Below are positions 1 through 7,662 of a stretch of DNA of 29,850 nt, piece by piece. The notes under the pieces are model-generated. The model was not told the origin of the DNA and did no database searches. It saw nothing but the letters and a program-made list of their open reading frames with translations. Each line of letters begins with the position of its first letter. Position 1 is the stretch's first letter. The position numbers and the translations under genes are program-made. Source of the DNA: a virus (Duplodnaviria; Caudoviricetes); IMG/VR virus record IMGVR_UViG_3300049170_000061, positions 1 to 29,850 of that record; one strand, 5' to 3'.

Positions 1-1
1 C

Positions 2-2143
2 GTGGGGGGGGGGGGGGGGGGGGGCGGGGCCGACAACCGCGCACAAGGCCCCCTCGTGGTCGTTCAGCAGCCTCGCGGCGCTTCCCCGCCCCGCCCCGCC
101 CCGCGCAGTTCCCAGACCAACACTGACAATTCGCTGCGAAACGGATACGCCGCGATCTCACACAGCGTGAGCGGCGAAACGGCAGCGATCGGCATCGGAT
201 TCCTCGTCGCCGGCCCCGCCGGGGCCATCGTCGGCGGGGCCGCGCTGCCCGTCCTCGTCGCCGCCTCGATGTGGCGCGCGCGCCACCGCGAGCACGACGA
301 GAACGCGAACAGTGGCACCAACGAGGCAGGCAGGAACGACCGCAGCGGATCCGGCCGAGACCGCTCGGGTTCCGGCGGCCGAAGCAACAGCGGCGGACGC
401 GGGAACGGCGGGGGGAGTGGCGGCGGCCGGCACCACTCGCCCAACGGATCCGGCGGCGGCCGGCACAAGACCCCGAAGAGCCCCGGCCCGGGCAACGGCA
501 GCGGGAGTGGGAGTGGCCTGGGCGGCGGCAAGAACCACAAGCCCAAGGTGAAGGACCCCGTCGCCGACAAGCTCAGCAAGCTCGGGAAAACCCTCGCCGA
601 CAAGCTGAAGCCGAACAAGGGCGACAAGAACAAGACCCCGAAGAACGGCAAGCACAACAGCAAAGACGCCGCCGACCGGAACGGCAAGGACAAGGCCAAC
701 AAGGCGAAGAAGGACAAGAGCGCCGACACCCCCTGGACGAGCTCACCCGACGGCCTCGACCCGAAGAAGCCCAAGGACAAGAAGCACCGCAGGAACAAGG
801 ACCGCAAGGACAAGCACGACGACGCCTCAAGCTCCACGGCTCGCGACGGCCTCGACCCGAAAGACCCCAAGGGCCCCAAGGGCGGCAGCGATGGCCTTCC
901 GCCCAAGCCGGAACACGACCCCGACGAGTACGTCGACGCCGAACTCGTCGACGACGACCTGCCCCCAAAGCCCGACGGCGCACCCAACGAGGTCATCGAC
1001 GCCGAGGTGATCGACGAGGACCGGATCGCGCTCGTCCGCGCCAGGCGTGAGAAGGCTGCCCGCCGTGCGGCGATCAAGGTCGGGAAGAAGGCCGCGGCCG
1101 ACGCCGCCCGGGACGGCACCGCCGGCGACCCGCACACCGTGAAGCTGCAGCGCATCCGCCTTGAGAACCAGTGGATCGACCTCGAGCTGCACCGCGAAAA
1201 CCAACTGCTCGCCCTTGCGGCGGGGACCGAACAGCGAAGGAGCACCCCTGTGAACTACCCCGTAGCCACCACGCAGCCCGCGGGAACCCGCACGGCCGGC
1301 GTAGCGGTTGCCCGGCAGATCGACATGCGTGCATCCACCGCGTACAAGCTCCTACTCGCCATGGCGGAGCAACTCGCGAACGGCCTCCACAACGACGCCG
1401 ACGCCGACATGGCCGACCACGTCGTCGAACTCGCAGGTATCCCCGCCATGTGCCGCAACCTCTCCCTCGCCGTCCGTGAAGCAGCCGCCGCCCTCCAGAA
1501 GACCGCGCCGCTCCACCCCTCCGTCGTCAAGCACCTCAACAACGCCGCCGTATCCGCCCTGACCGCCGCCCGTATGGCCGACACGATCATCGTCGTGTTC
1601 GTGCAGGCGCACCGCGAGGACATCTACCGCGTCATGGAGCCCCGTATCGGCGAGGAGCGGTGGAACATCCGCGACGCCGCCGGCACCCTCGACGCCGCGA
1701 AGATGCGGGCCGCGATCATGTCAGCCGGGCAGAGGCGCCTCGCCCTCCCCGCAGGCAGCACACAGAGCGGCTCGGGGAAGGTCGTGCCCGCCTCCCACGA
1801 CACCACCAAGAGGCTCGTCAACCTGATGAAGGGCTTCGACCGCGGCCACATGGTGCTCTGCCTGTCCGAAGTCGCCGGAGCCGCCGGCGGAGTCGAAGTC
1901 GTCGCCGACGCCGTCACCAAGCTCTACCGGCGCATGGCCAAGACGTGGCCCACCGAGGACGTCGTCGACGACACCGTCCGCGCCACCGCCTCCAAGGTGA
2001 AGAACGTCGCTGCCGAACTCCGCAAGGCCATCAAGGCCGCCCAGCGCGCCCACCAGCGCGAACTCACGCTGAACGCCAAGCCCCGCAAGGGAGCCAACGC
2101 AGAAAAGAAGTGGGACGTCGTCGGCCGCCCGGGCCGGAACTGA
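2..2143 (+). CDS. TraA-like plasmid transfer protein, 5'-partial: hydrophobic segment, Gly/Lys-rich disordered linker, duplicated helical C-terminal domain
   Basis: High-GC3 reading frame; TM-like stretch AAIGIGFLVAGPAGAIVGGAALPVLVAASMW; two repeats ending AH..[DE]......PR.G..E..W[ND][IV]; lies immediately upstream of the FtsK-like gene. The true start is outside the window or obscured by the poly-G run. Confidence 0.6.
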   Translation: MGGGGGGGGADNRAQGPLVVVQQPRGASPPRPAPRSSQTNTDNSLRNGYAAISHSVSGETAAIGIGFLVAGPAGAIVGGAALPVLVAASMWRARHREHDENANSGTNEAGRNDRSGSGRDRSGSGGRSNSGGRGNGGGSGGGRHHSPNGSGGGRHKTPKSPGPGNGSGSGSGLGGGKNHKPKVKDPVADKLSKLGKTLADKLKPNKGDKNKTPKNGKHNSKDAADRNGKDKANKAKKDKSADTPWTSSPDGLDPKKPKDKKHRRNKDRKDKHDDASSSTARDGLDPKDPKGPKGGSDGLPPKPEHDPDEYVDAELVDDDLPPKPDGAPNEVIDAEVIDEDRIALVRARREKAARRAAIKVGKKAAADAARDGTAGDPHTVKLQRIRLENQWIDLELHRENQLLALAAGTEQRRSTPVNYPVATTQPAGTRTAGVAVARQIDMRASTAYKLLLAMAEQLANGLHNDADADMADHVVELAGIPAMCRNLSLAVREAAAALQKTAPLHPSVVKHLNNAAVSALTAARMADTIIVVFVQAHREDIYRVMEPRIGEERWNIRDAAGTLDAAKMRAAIMSAGQRRLALPAGSTQSGSGKVVPASHDTTKRLVNLMKGFDRGHMVLCLSEVAGAAGGVEVVADAVTKLYRRMAKTWPTEDVVDDTVRATASKVKNVAAELRKAIKAAQRAHQRELTLNAKPRKGANAEKKWDVVGRPGRN

Positions 2144-2166
2144 ACCCCAGAGAGGAGATGAGCACC

Positions 2167-4347
2167 ATGACCAAAACCGCCGAGATCCCCGCAGGGCTCG
2201 AAACTCTGTCGGACAAACCGAAGCGATGGGACTTCAGCCGCGACGCCGTCACCCCCGGACGCCTCACCGCCTGGGGCGCCGAACTCGCCTGCGCCAGCGC
2301 CCTCGTCGCACCCCTCGCCGACATCCCCTGGCAGGCTGGCACCACCGCCGGCATCGTCTGCACCGGCGCGGCCGTCGCCTACGAGAAGGCCCGCGGCTCC
2401 TGGCGACGCGTCATGGTCGCCCGCGCCTCCTCCTGGCTCGCCACCACCGGATGGCTGTCCTACGCGCTCGCCAACCAGCCGACGCTGCTGACGATGACGA
2501 TCGGCGTGACCACGTGGGCCGCCGGCGCCGCCGTGAACATCGGCATGGACAAGTGGGGCGAGACCACCCGCGAGGCGGAGAAGGAGTTCTACCGTCGCCT
2601 CGAGCAGGGCGAAGAGATCGCCAAGGCACAGCAGGGGTGGGCGAAGCTCCTGTACGACATCTGCGGCATCGAAGGCGCCGTCGCCGACCCGATCGTCGAC
2701 CGCTGGCCCTCCGGCGCCGGCGAAACCGTGAAGATCACCCTCCCCGCCCACATGAACATCGACGCCCTGCGCGGCTACGAAGCCGAACTCGCCGGGGCAC
2801 TCCACCTGCCCAAAGGCGGCGGCGTCTCCTTCTCCGCGGGCGGGCCCGAGGTGCCCCGCAACGTCGTGTTCATCGCCATCACCCGAAAGAACATGATGGC
2901 CGGCGCCATCCCCTACCCGGGACTCACCCCCACCACGATCAACAAGCCCGTCGGGTTCGGCGTCATCGGCACCGGCAGCGAAGCAGGCCTCAACCTCAAG
3001 GACGAAGGGGTCGTCGCGATCGGCGCCCAGGGCTCAGGCAAAACCGCCCTGATGAAGACCCTCGGCCTCGGCCTGGTCCGCTGCATCGACGCCCTCGTGT
3101 GGGACATGGACACCTCCGCGAAGATGTCCGCCGTCTTCATCAACCCATACCTGCGCTACGGGATCGGCGTCCCCCTCATCGACTGGCCCGCCACCAACGA
3201 AGACGAATGCCGACTCATGGTCCAGGCAGCCCGCGCGATCATCGCCGCCCGCAAAACCGAATACGCCGACCTCCTCGAAGACGAGGACATCGACAACCTG
3301 CCCGCCCGGCCCGAAATCCCCGCCATCCACATCCGCGTCGACGAGACCAAGTCCATGCCCGACGACGTCCTCGCAGGCATCGACTTCATCATCGAAGAAG
3401 GCCGCTCCGTCAACGTCCGCGTCTCCAACACCGGCCTGCGCGCCACCCGCGACTACATCACCGCCGCCATGGACGAACTCACCCCCGGCCGCATCGGACT
3501 GCGCACCAACAACGCCAGCGAACTCGACATGCTCTTCCCCGGCTTCGGCGCCCCCGACATGGCGATCTTCACCGACCCCGGAACCGTCGTCTACATGAGC
3601 GCCACCAAAGGCCCCTTCCAGCCCGCCCCGGCAAAGGCTTACGCCAACATGGCCGAAGCGTTCACCGAGGGCAGCGCCGACCACAAGCGCATGCAGTCGC
3701 TGTTCATGGACGCCGCCCGGGAACTCTCCCCCATCCGCCCCGACCTCGACGAGGTATCCGCCCGCGCCGCCGGCCTCGCCTACGGGCAGCGCTGGGCCCG
3801 CTGCATCCCCAACCTCCGCGGCGACGCCTACGGCAACGTCGGCCCCGACCGCATGCACGAATCCGTGTGGGAGCTCTACCAGTCCTGGCCCACCCCCGTC
3901 ACCTACGACGTCCTCCTCGGGCGGGAGACCGACGAAGACGGCCACACCGTCACAGCACACGGCGCCTCCGTGGCCATCCCCCGACTCACCGAAGCCATGC
4001 TCGACGACGACGAACTGGAAAGGGCCGCAGCACAGGAAGCCGCCATCGAACTGGCCAAAACCCGCGTCGCCCCCAAGTCGAACGACGAACTCGCCATCGA
4101 ACTGTTCGCCTCCCTCGGCAAGCACGCCAAACCCTCCGAGGTATACCCGCTCATGGTGAAGGCCGGCTACGACAAGTCCGACCGCACCTTCCGCGACCTG
4201 TGCACCAAACTCGCCCTACAGAACAAGCTCATCAGGGGCGATGATGGAACCTACGCGGCTCCCGAATGCGGTGAGGTTCCCCATGCAGGACGAGTTCCCG
4301 GACCTGAAGATGACGCCCATGGACGAGGCGATGCTCCACATGAGTGA
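2167..4347 (+). CDS. traB: FtsK/SpoIIIE-family conjugative DNA translocase (TraB-like)
   Basis: SD GAGGAG at 2152-2157 before ATG 2167 (alternative ATG 2158); N-terminal hydrophobic segments; Walker A GAQGSGKT; Walker B-like IHIRVDE; EEGRSVNV motif; C-terminal winged-helix-like segment AKPSEVYPLMVKAGYDKSDRTFRDLCTKLALQNKLIRGDDGTY. Confidence 0.8.
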   Translation: MTKTAEIPAGLETLSDKPKRWDFSRDAVTPGRLTAWGAELACASALVAPLADIPWQAGTTAGIVCTGAAVAYEKARGSWRRVMVARASSWLATTGWLSYALANQPTLLTMTIGVTTWAAGAAVNIGMDKWGETTREAEKEFYRRLEQGEEIAKAQQGWAKLLYDICGIEGAVADPIVDRWPSGAGETVKITLPAHMNIDALRGYEAELAGALHLPKGGGVSFSAGGPEVPRNVVFIAITRKNMMAGAIPYPGLTPTTINKPVGFGVIGTGSEAGLNLKDEGVVAIGAQGSGKTALMKTLGLGLVRCIDALVWDMDTSAKMSAVFINPYLRYGIGVPLIDWPATNEDECRLMVQAARAIIAARKTEYADLLEDEDIDNLPARPEIPAIHIRVDETKSMPDDVLAGIDFIIEEGRSVNVRVSNTGLRATRDYITAAMDELTPGRIGLRTNNASELDMLFPGFGAPDMAIFTDPGTVVYMSATKGPFQPAPAKAYANMAEAFTEGSADHKRMQSLFMDAARELSPIRPDLDEVSARAAGLAYGQRWARCIPNLRGDAYGNVGPDRMHESVWELYQSWPTPVTYDVLLGRETDEDGHTVTAHGASVAIPRLTEAMLDDDELERAAAQEAAIELAKTRVAPKSNDELAIELFASLGKHAKPSEVYPLMVKAGYDKSDRTFRDLCTKLALQNKLIRGDDGTYAAPECGEVPHAGRVPGPEDDAHGRGDAPHE

Positions 4348-4459
4348 GCTGATCACCGGCCTGAAGAAGGCCGGACTCAGCGAGAACTCCGCTGTGCGCT
4401 TCGCCGCCATCTACTTCGCTGAGTCCTCGAACACCGTCGAAGACCCGGACACCGACTGA
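4283..4459 (+). CDS. Small hypothetical protein (58 aa), overlapping the traB 3' end
   Basis: SD-like GGTGAGG at 4270-4276 before ATG 4283; plausible amphipathic sequence MQDEFPDLKMTPMDEAMLHMSELITGLKKAGLSENSAVRFAAIYF; ends just before a terminator. Confidence 0.55.
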   Translation: MQDEFPDLKMTPMDEAMLHMSELITGLKKAGLSENSAVRFAAIYFAESSNTVEDPDTD

Positions 4460-4474
4460 GCACACCATGCGACC

Positions 4475-4507
4475 AGAAAGCCCCCGGGTCGTACCCGGGG
4501 GCTTTCT
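4475..4507 (+). terminator. Intrinsic terminator, possibly bidirectional
   Basis: Perfect 15-bp inverted repeat AGAAAGCCCCCGGGT / ACCCGGGGGCTTTCT with a 3-nt loop, following the stop at 4459. Confidence 0.8.
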
Positions 4508-4532
4508 CTATCCGCCGCCCCAGGAGACCGCG

Positions 4533-5072
4533 ATGAACGCCAACCTCACCACCCCGCAGCCCCACACCCCCCAGACCGAGCCGCCCACCGACACTCCCGT
4601 CCAGCGCGCCGCGCAGATCGCCGCAGCAGTCGACGCCGTCTACGAACAGCCGACCCGCTTCCGCGACGACACCCTGCCCGACAAGCCCACCATCGGAGAC
4701 GCGCCGCCCGTAGCCCAGCCCGGAAGGCTCCCCATGAGCCAGGCCGCCACCAACATCAGCGGCGTCCTCCTCGCCAGCAGCGCCCCCATCTTCGCCCTCG
4801 GCGCAGCCGCCACCGGCGTCCTCTGGGGCTCCGGACAGGCCGACCCCGCCGTCATCGGCTGGATCTGCGCCGGCGTCGTCGGCCTCCCCGTAGCACTCAC
4901 AGCACCCGTCCTCGCCGTCAAGGGCCTCATGAAGAACGCCAAGGAAGCCGCCCAGGCCGCCCCACCCGTCATCCACCAGCACATCCACGGCAACGTTCAC
5001 CACGACCAGCGGCAGGCCCACACCAAGACCGTCGCCGTCCTGGCGAACACCCGCAACCAGCTCCCCAAGTAG
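4533..5072 (+). CDS. Two-TM membrane protein of plasmid/AICE type (spread-protein-like)
   Basis: SD AGGAG at 4522-4526 before ATG 4533; Pro-rich N-terminus, two hydrophobic helices, and C-terminal PPVIHQHIHGNVHHDQR motif. Confidence 0.65.
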   Translation: MNANLTTPQPHTPQTEPPTDTPVQRAAQIAAAVDAVYEQPTRFRDDTLPDKPTIGDAPPVAQPGRLPMSQAATNISGVLLASSAPIFALGAAATGVLWGSGQADPAVIGWICAGVVGLPVALTAPVLAVKGLMKNAKEAAQAAPPVIHQHIHGNVHHDQRQAHTKTVAVLANTRNQLPK

Positions 5073-5209
5073 CCCGGGGGATAGCGGCTCAGACAAACCG
5101 CCGCCCATACGCCACCATCAGAACTGCACGGCCCGGGGGCCATGAGATCTTCCTCCAGGGTGTCCCCGCGCCCACTGGAATCCCAGTAACCCGGGCCGTG
5201 CCACACCTG

Positions 5210-5287
5210 CCGGGATTCCGCCCGTGCTCAGCGGGATCCCGGAAACCGCCGGATGCCTCGCCCCAATCCCCCGGGGCGAGGCATCCG
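5210..5287. repeat. Two tandem inverted repeats (stem-loops) between the transfer and phage modules
   Basis: CCGGGATTCCGC (5210-5221) pairs with GCGGGATCCCGG (5231-5242), 12 bp with one G-U. CGGATGCCTCGCCCC (5250-5264) pairs with GGGGCGAGGCATCCG (5273-5287), a perfect 15 bp. Confidence 0.8.
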
Positions 5288-5342
5288 CGCGTTCAGCCCT
5301 CTCCTCATCACGCATGCCGCGCAACGTGCGCCAACGCCAGCA

Positions 5343-5394
5343 GGGGGAACCAGAAGTCGAATATCGGCGATCATCGGTCACAGGCGCGGGGCCT
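5343..5394 (+). promoter_or_regulatory. Repeated promoter-like motif, copy 1 (upstream of TerS)
   Basis: GGGGGAAC-N18-GATCAT-N7-AGGCGCGGGGCCT. Confidence 0.65.
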
Positions 5395-5426
5395 CCTACA
5401 ACCACACAGCGGGAGCCCCCACCGCC

Positions 5427-5987
5427 ATGGCCTGGTCCAAGCTCAAGCTCGACGAAGTCACCGTCCGCCGCACCAAACTCCTCGAGCTGCGCCGCAAGGG
5501 CGTCCGGTACGACGACGAACGCGTCGAGGCCCTCGGCTACAGCAGCCCGAACGCCGCACGCCGGGACGTCAACCGTGCCCTCGAGGCCCACCGTGCTGCG
5601 GAAGCGGCCGAAGTCGGAATCTACCGCCAGCAGGAAAACGAACGCCTCGACGCCCTCCTGGAAGCCGCGTGGCCCCGCGCCACGGAGCTGCACCCGGTGT
5701 TCGACAAGGAGGGCAACGTCGTCGGCGAGGAACTCGACATGCGGGCCGTCGACACCGTCCTGCGCCTCATGGACCGCCGCGCCAAGCTCAACGGCCTGGA
5801 CGTGCCAGTGAAGACCGAGCTGTCCGGGCCCGGCGGGGGACCGGTCCCCATCAGCGCGGCCAGCCTCAACGAACTCCGCGCCCTCATCAACACCGCCGGC
5901 GAACCCGACGAAGACGAAGACGAAGACGAGGACCTGGACGACACGGACGACGGCGGCCCGGATGACGACGGCGACGACGACGCCTGA
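5427..5987 (+). CDS. Terminase small subunit (putative)
   Basis: ATG 5427 after GGGAG; HTH-like N-terminus; ERLDALL...W and LMDRRAKLNGLD.P..TELSGPGGGPV motifs; acidic tail; overlaps the TerL start. Confidence 0.75.
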   Translation: MAWSKLKLDEVTVRRTKLLELRRKGVRYDDERVEALGYSSPNAARRDVNRALEAHRAAEAAEVGIYRQQENERLDALLEAAWPRATELHPVFDKEGNVVGEELDMRAVDTVLRLMDRRAKLNGLDVPVKTELSGPGGGPVPISAASLNELRALINTAGEPDEDEDEDEDLDDTDDGGPDDDGDDDA

Positions 5988-7581
5988 CTTCCACCCCGAG
6001 CAGGACGACAGCGACCTGGTCCGGGAAGCCGAGGAACTCCTCCACCTCGTCGCCCAGTACCGCACCTTCAACCGTGCCCAGCGCCGCCGCATCGCCGCGG
6101 CCGCCAGCCCCGAACTACGCGCCGTTCTCGCCGGCGTCGAGCGGGACATGGCCCTCAAGCGGTCCCCGGGCGCCATGTCGGCCATCCTCACCGACGGCAA
6201 GGAGAAGCAGGCCCGCCATCTGGACCTGATCGACCAGGTATTCCGCGACATCGCCCGCGGCCACTCCCGCAAGGTCCTCATCACCTTGCCTCCACGCCAT
6301 GGGAAGTCCCGCCGCGCCGCACGCTGGGCCCCCCTGTGGTACCTCTCCCGGCACCCCGACCACCGCGTCATGATCGCCTCGTACTCGGCCGACCTCGCCG
6401 ACGACCACGGCCGGTGGATCCGCGACGCCATCGTCTCCTACGGCCCCCAGATCGGTCTTGCCCTCCACTCCGGATCCAAGGCCGCCAACCGCTTCGACCT
6501 CGCCGACCCCGAAACCGGCGACCGCCTCGAGGGCGGACTCGTCACCGCCGGCGTCGGAGGCGGCCTCACCGGCAAAGGCGCCCACCTCGCCATCGTCGAC
6601 GACCCCATCAAAGACGCCGCGGACGCCGAATCCCCCACCATGCGCCGCCGCCTGTGGGACTGGTGGACATCCGTCCTCAACACCCGCATCGAGCCCGGCG
6701 GCTCCATCATCGTCATCCAGACCCGCTGGCACGAGCAGGACCTCGCCGGGAAGATCCTCCAGGGCGAGGACGCGGCCGACTGGACCCGCATCGACCTGCC
6801 CGCGATCTGCGACAGCGACGAGGACCCCCTCGACCGGAAGATCGGCGAAGCCCTCTGGCCGGTCCGCTACGGACGCAAGTCCCTCACCAAGATCCGCAAA
6901 GCGGTGGGGGAGCGGGTCTGGTGGTCGCTGTACATGCAAAAGCCACGCCCGCTCGAGGGCGGCGTGTGGAAGTGGCCCTGGATCACCGACAACCGCATCA
7001 CCCCCATGGCCTTCCGCGGCGTCGACCTCACCCGCACCCTGGTCGCCGTCGACCAGGCCGGCGGGGAGGGCGACACCCACGACGAGACCGGCATCATCGG
7101 CGCAGGCCGCACCGCCGACGGGGAGATGTACGTCCTGGCCGACCGGTCCGCGAACATGGGCGCCGACACCTGGGGCCACGTCGCCTGCCGCCTGGCCATC
7201 GAGATCGAGGCGGACGCCTTCGTCGTCGAGGACAACTTCGGCGGCGACCAGTCCGCGCAGATCCTGCGCCAGGCCTGGCGGGACCTTGAGCGGACCGGTG
7301 AGACCAACGGACTGCTCATGCCGCGGATCATCCCCGTGCACGCGAAGCAGGGCAAGAAGCTGCGAGCCGAACCCATCGCCCAACTGGCCGCGCAGGCACT
7401 CATCCACCACGTCGGCGAGTTCCCGCGCCTTGAGGGACAGCTCGTCACCTGGCTGCCCGGCATGGACTCCCCAGACCGCATGGACGCCTACGTGCACGGT
7501 CTGACGGAGCTGGCCGACCCAGCGCAGGAGGGCCTCGGCACCCAGCACTACGGCGATACGCGCCTGCACGGCCGCCGGTAG
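5962..7581 (+). CDS. terL: Terminase large subunit
   Basis: Walker A PPRHGKS; LTGKGAHLAIVDDPIKD (Walker B); IQTRWHEQDLAG; RNase H-like nuclease motifs VAVDQA, DETGI and SPDRMDA. Confidence 0.96.
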   Translation: MTTATTTPDFHPEQDDSDLVREAEELLHLVAQYRTFNRAQRRRIAAAASPELRAVLAGVERDMALKRSPGAMSAILTDGKEKQARHLDLIDQVFRDIARGHSRKVLITLPPRHGKSRRAARWAPLWYLSRHPDHRVMIASYSADLADDHGRWIRDAIVSYGPQIGLALHSGSKAANRFDLADPETGDRLEGGLVTAGVGGGLTGKGAHLAIVDDPIKDAADAESPTMRRRLWDWWTSVLNTRIEPGGSIIVIQTRWHEQDLAGKILQGEDAADWTRIDLPAICDSDEDPLDRKIGEALWPVRYGRKSLTKIRKAVGERVWWSLYMQKPRPLEGGVWKWPWITDNRITPMAFRGVDLTRTLVAVDQAGGEGDTHDETGIIGAGRTADGEMYVLADRSANMGADTWGHVACRLAIEIEADAFVVEDNFGGDQSAQILRQAWRDLERTGETNGLLMPRIIPVHAKQGKKLRAEPIAQLAAQALIHHVGEFPRLEGQLVTWLPGMDSPDRMDAYVHGLTELADPAQEGLGTQHYGDTRLHGRR

Positions 7582-7584
7582 CCC

Positions 7585-7636
7585 GGGGGAACCACCAGGC
7601 GCCACGCCCGTACCCTGATCACAAGGCGCGGGGCCT
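7585..7636 (+). promoter_or_regulatory. Repeated promoter-like motif, copy 2 (upstream of portal)
   Basis: GGGGGAAC-N18-TACCCT-N7-AGGCGCGGGGCCT. Confidence 0.7.
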
Positions 7637-7662
7637 GATCAGCGGAAGCGGAAGGGAACGCT

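Larger units (their letters stand above)
2..5072 (+). mobile_element. Streptomyces plasmid/AICE-type conjugative transfer module (TraA-like, TraB/FtsK, spread-like membrane protein)
   Basis: A membrane-anchored FtsK-type ATPase with a C-terminal winged helix is flanked by plasmid-type proteins; no relaxase or T4SS genes are seen. Confidence 0.7.

Noticed and set aside
1-30. Poly-G run giving MGGGGGGGG
   Set aside because: A homopolymer at the window edge is most likely a sequencing or assembly artefact, so it was not treated as a real start or G-quadruplex.
745-1020. Short direct repeats (GACGGCCTCGACCCGAA twice; DAELVD / DAEVID)
   Set aside because: They are explained as coding repeats in a disordered linker, not a CRISPR or iteron array.
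1660-2166. ORF-track N-terminal extensions (traB from 1660; likewise 5253, 9564, 10493, 12604, 15045, 22322, 25326)
   Set aside because: They overlap upstream genes or regulatory motifs; downstream starts have SD sequences or stop-start coupling.
4442-4449. GACCCGGA octamer resembling a TraB recognition repeat
   Set aside because: It is a single copy here, inside a CDS, whereas clt loci need arrays of repeats.
5076-5166. GGGGGATA (5076) and GGGGGCCA (5135) as extra promoter-motif copies
   Set aside because: The first box is mismatched, there is no convincing hexamer at 18 nt, and the downstream 13-mer is absent.
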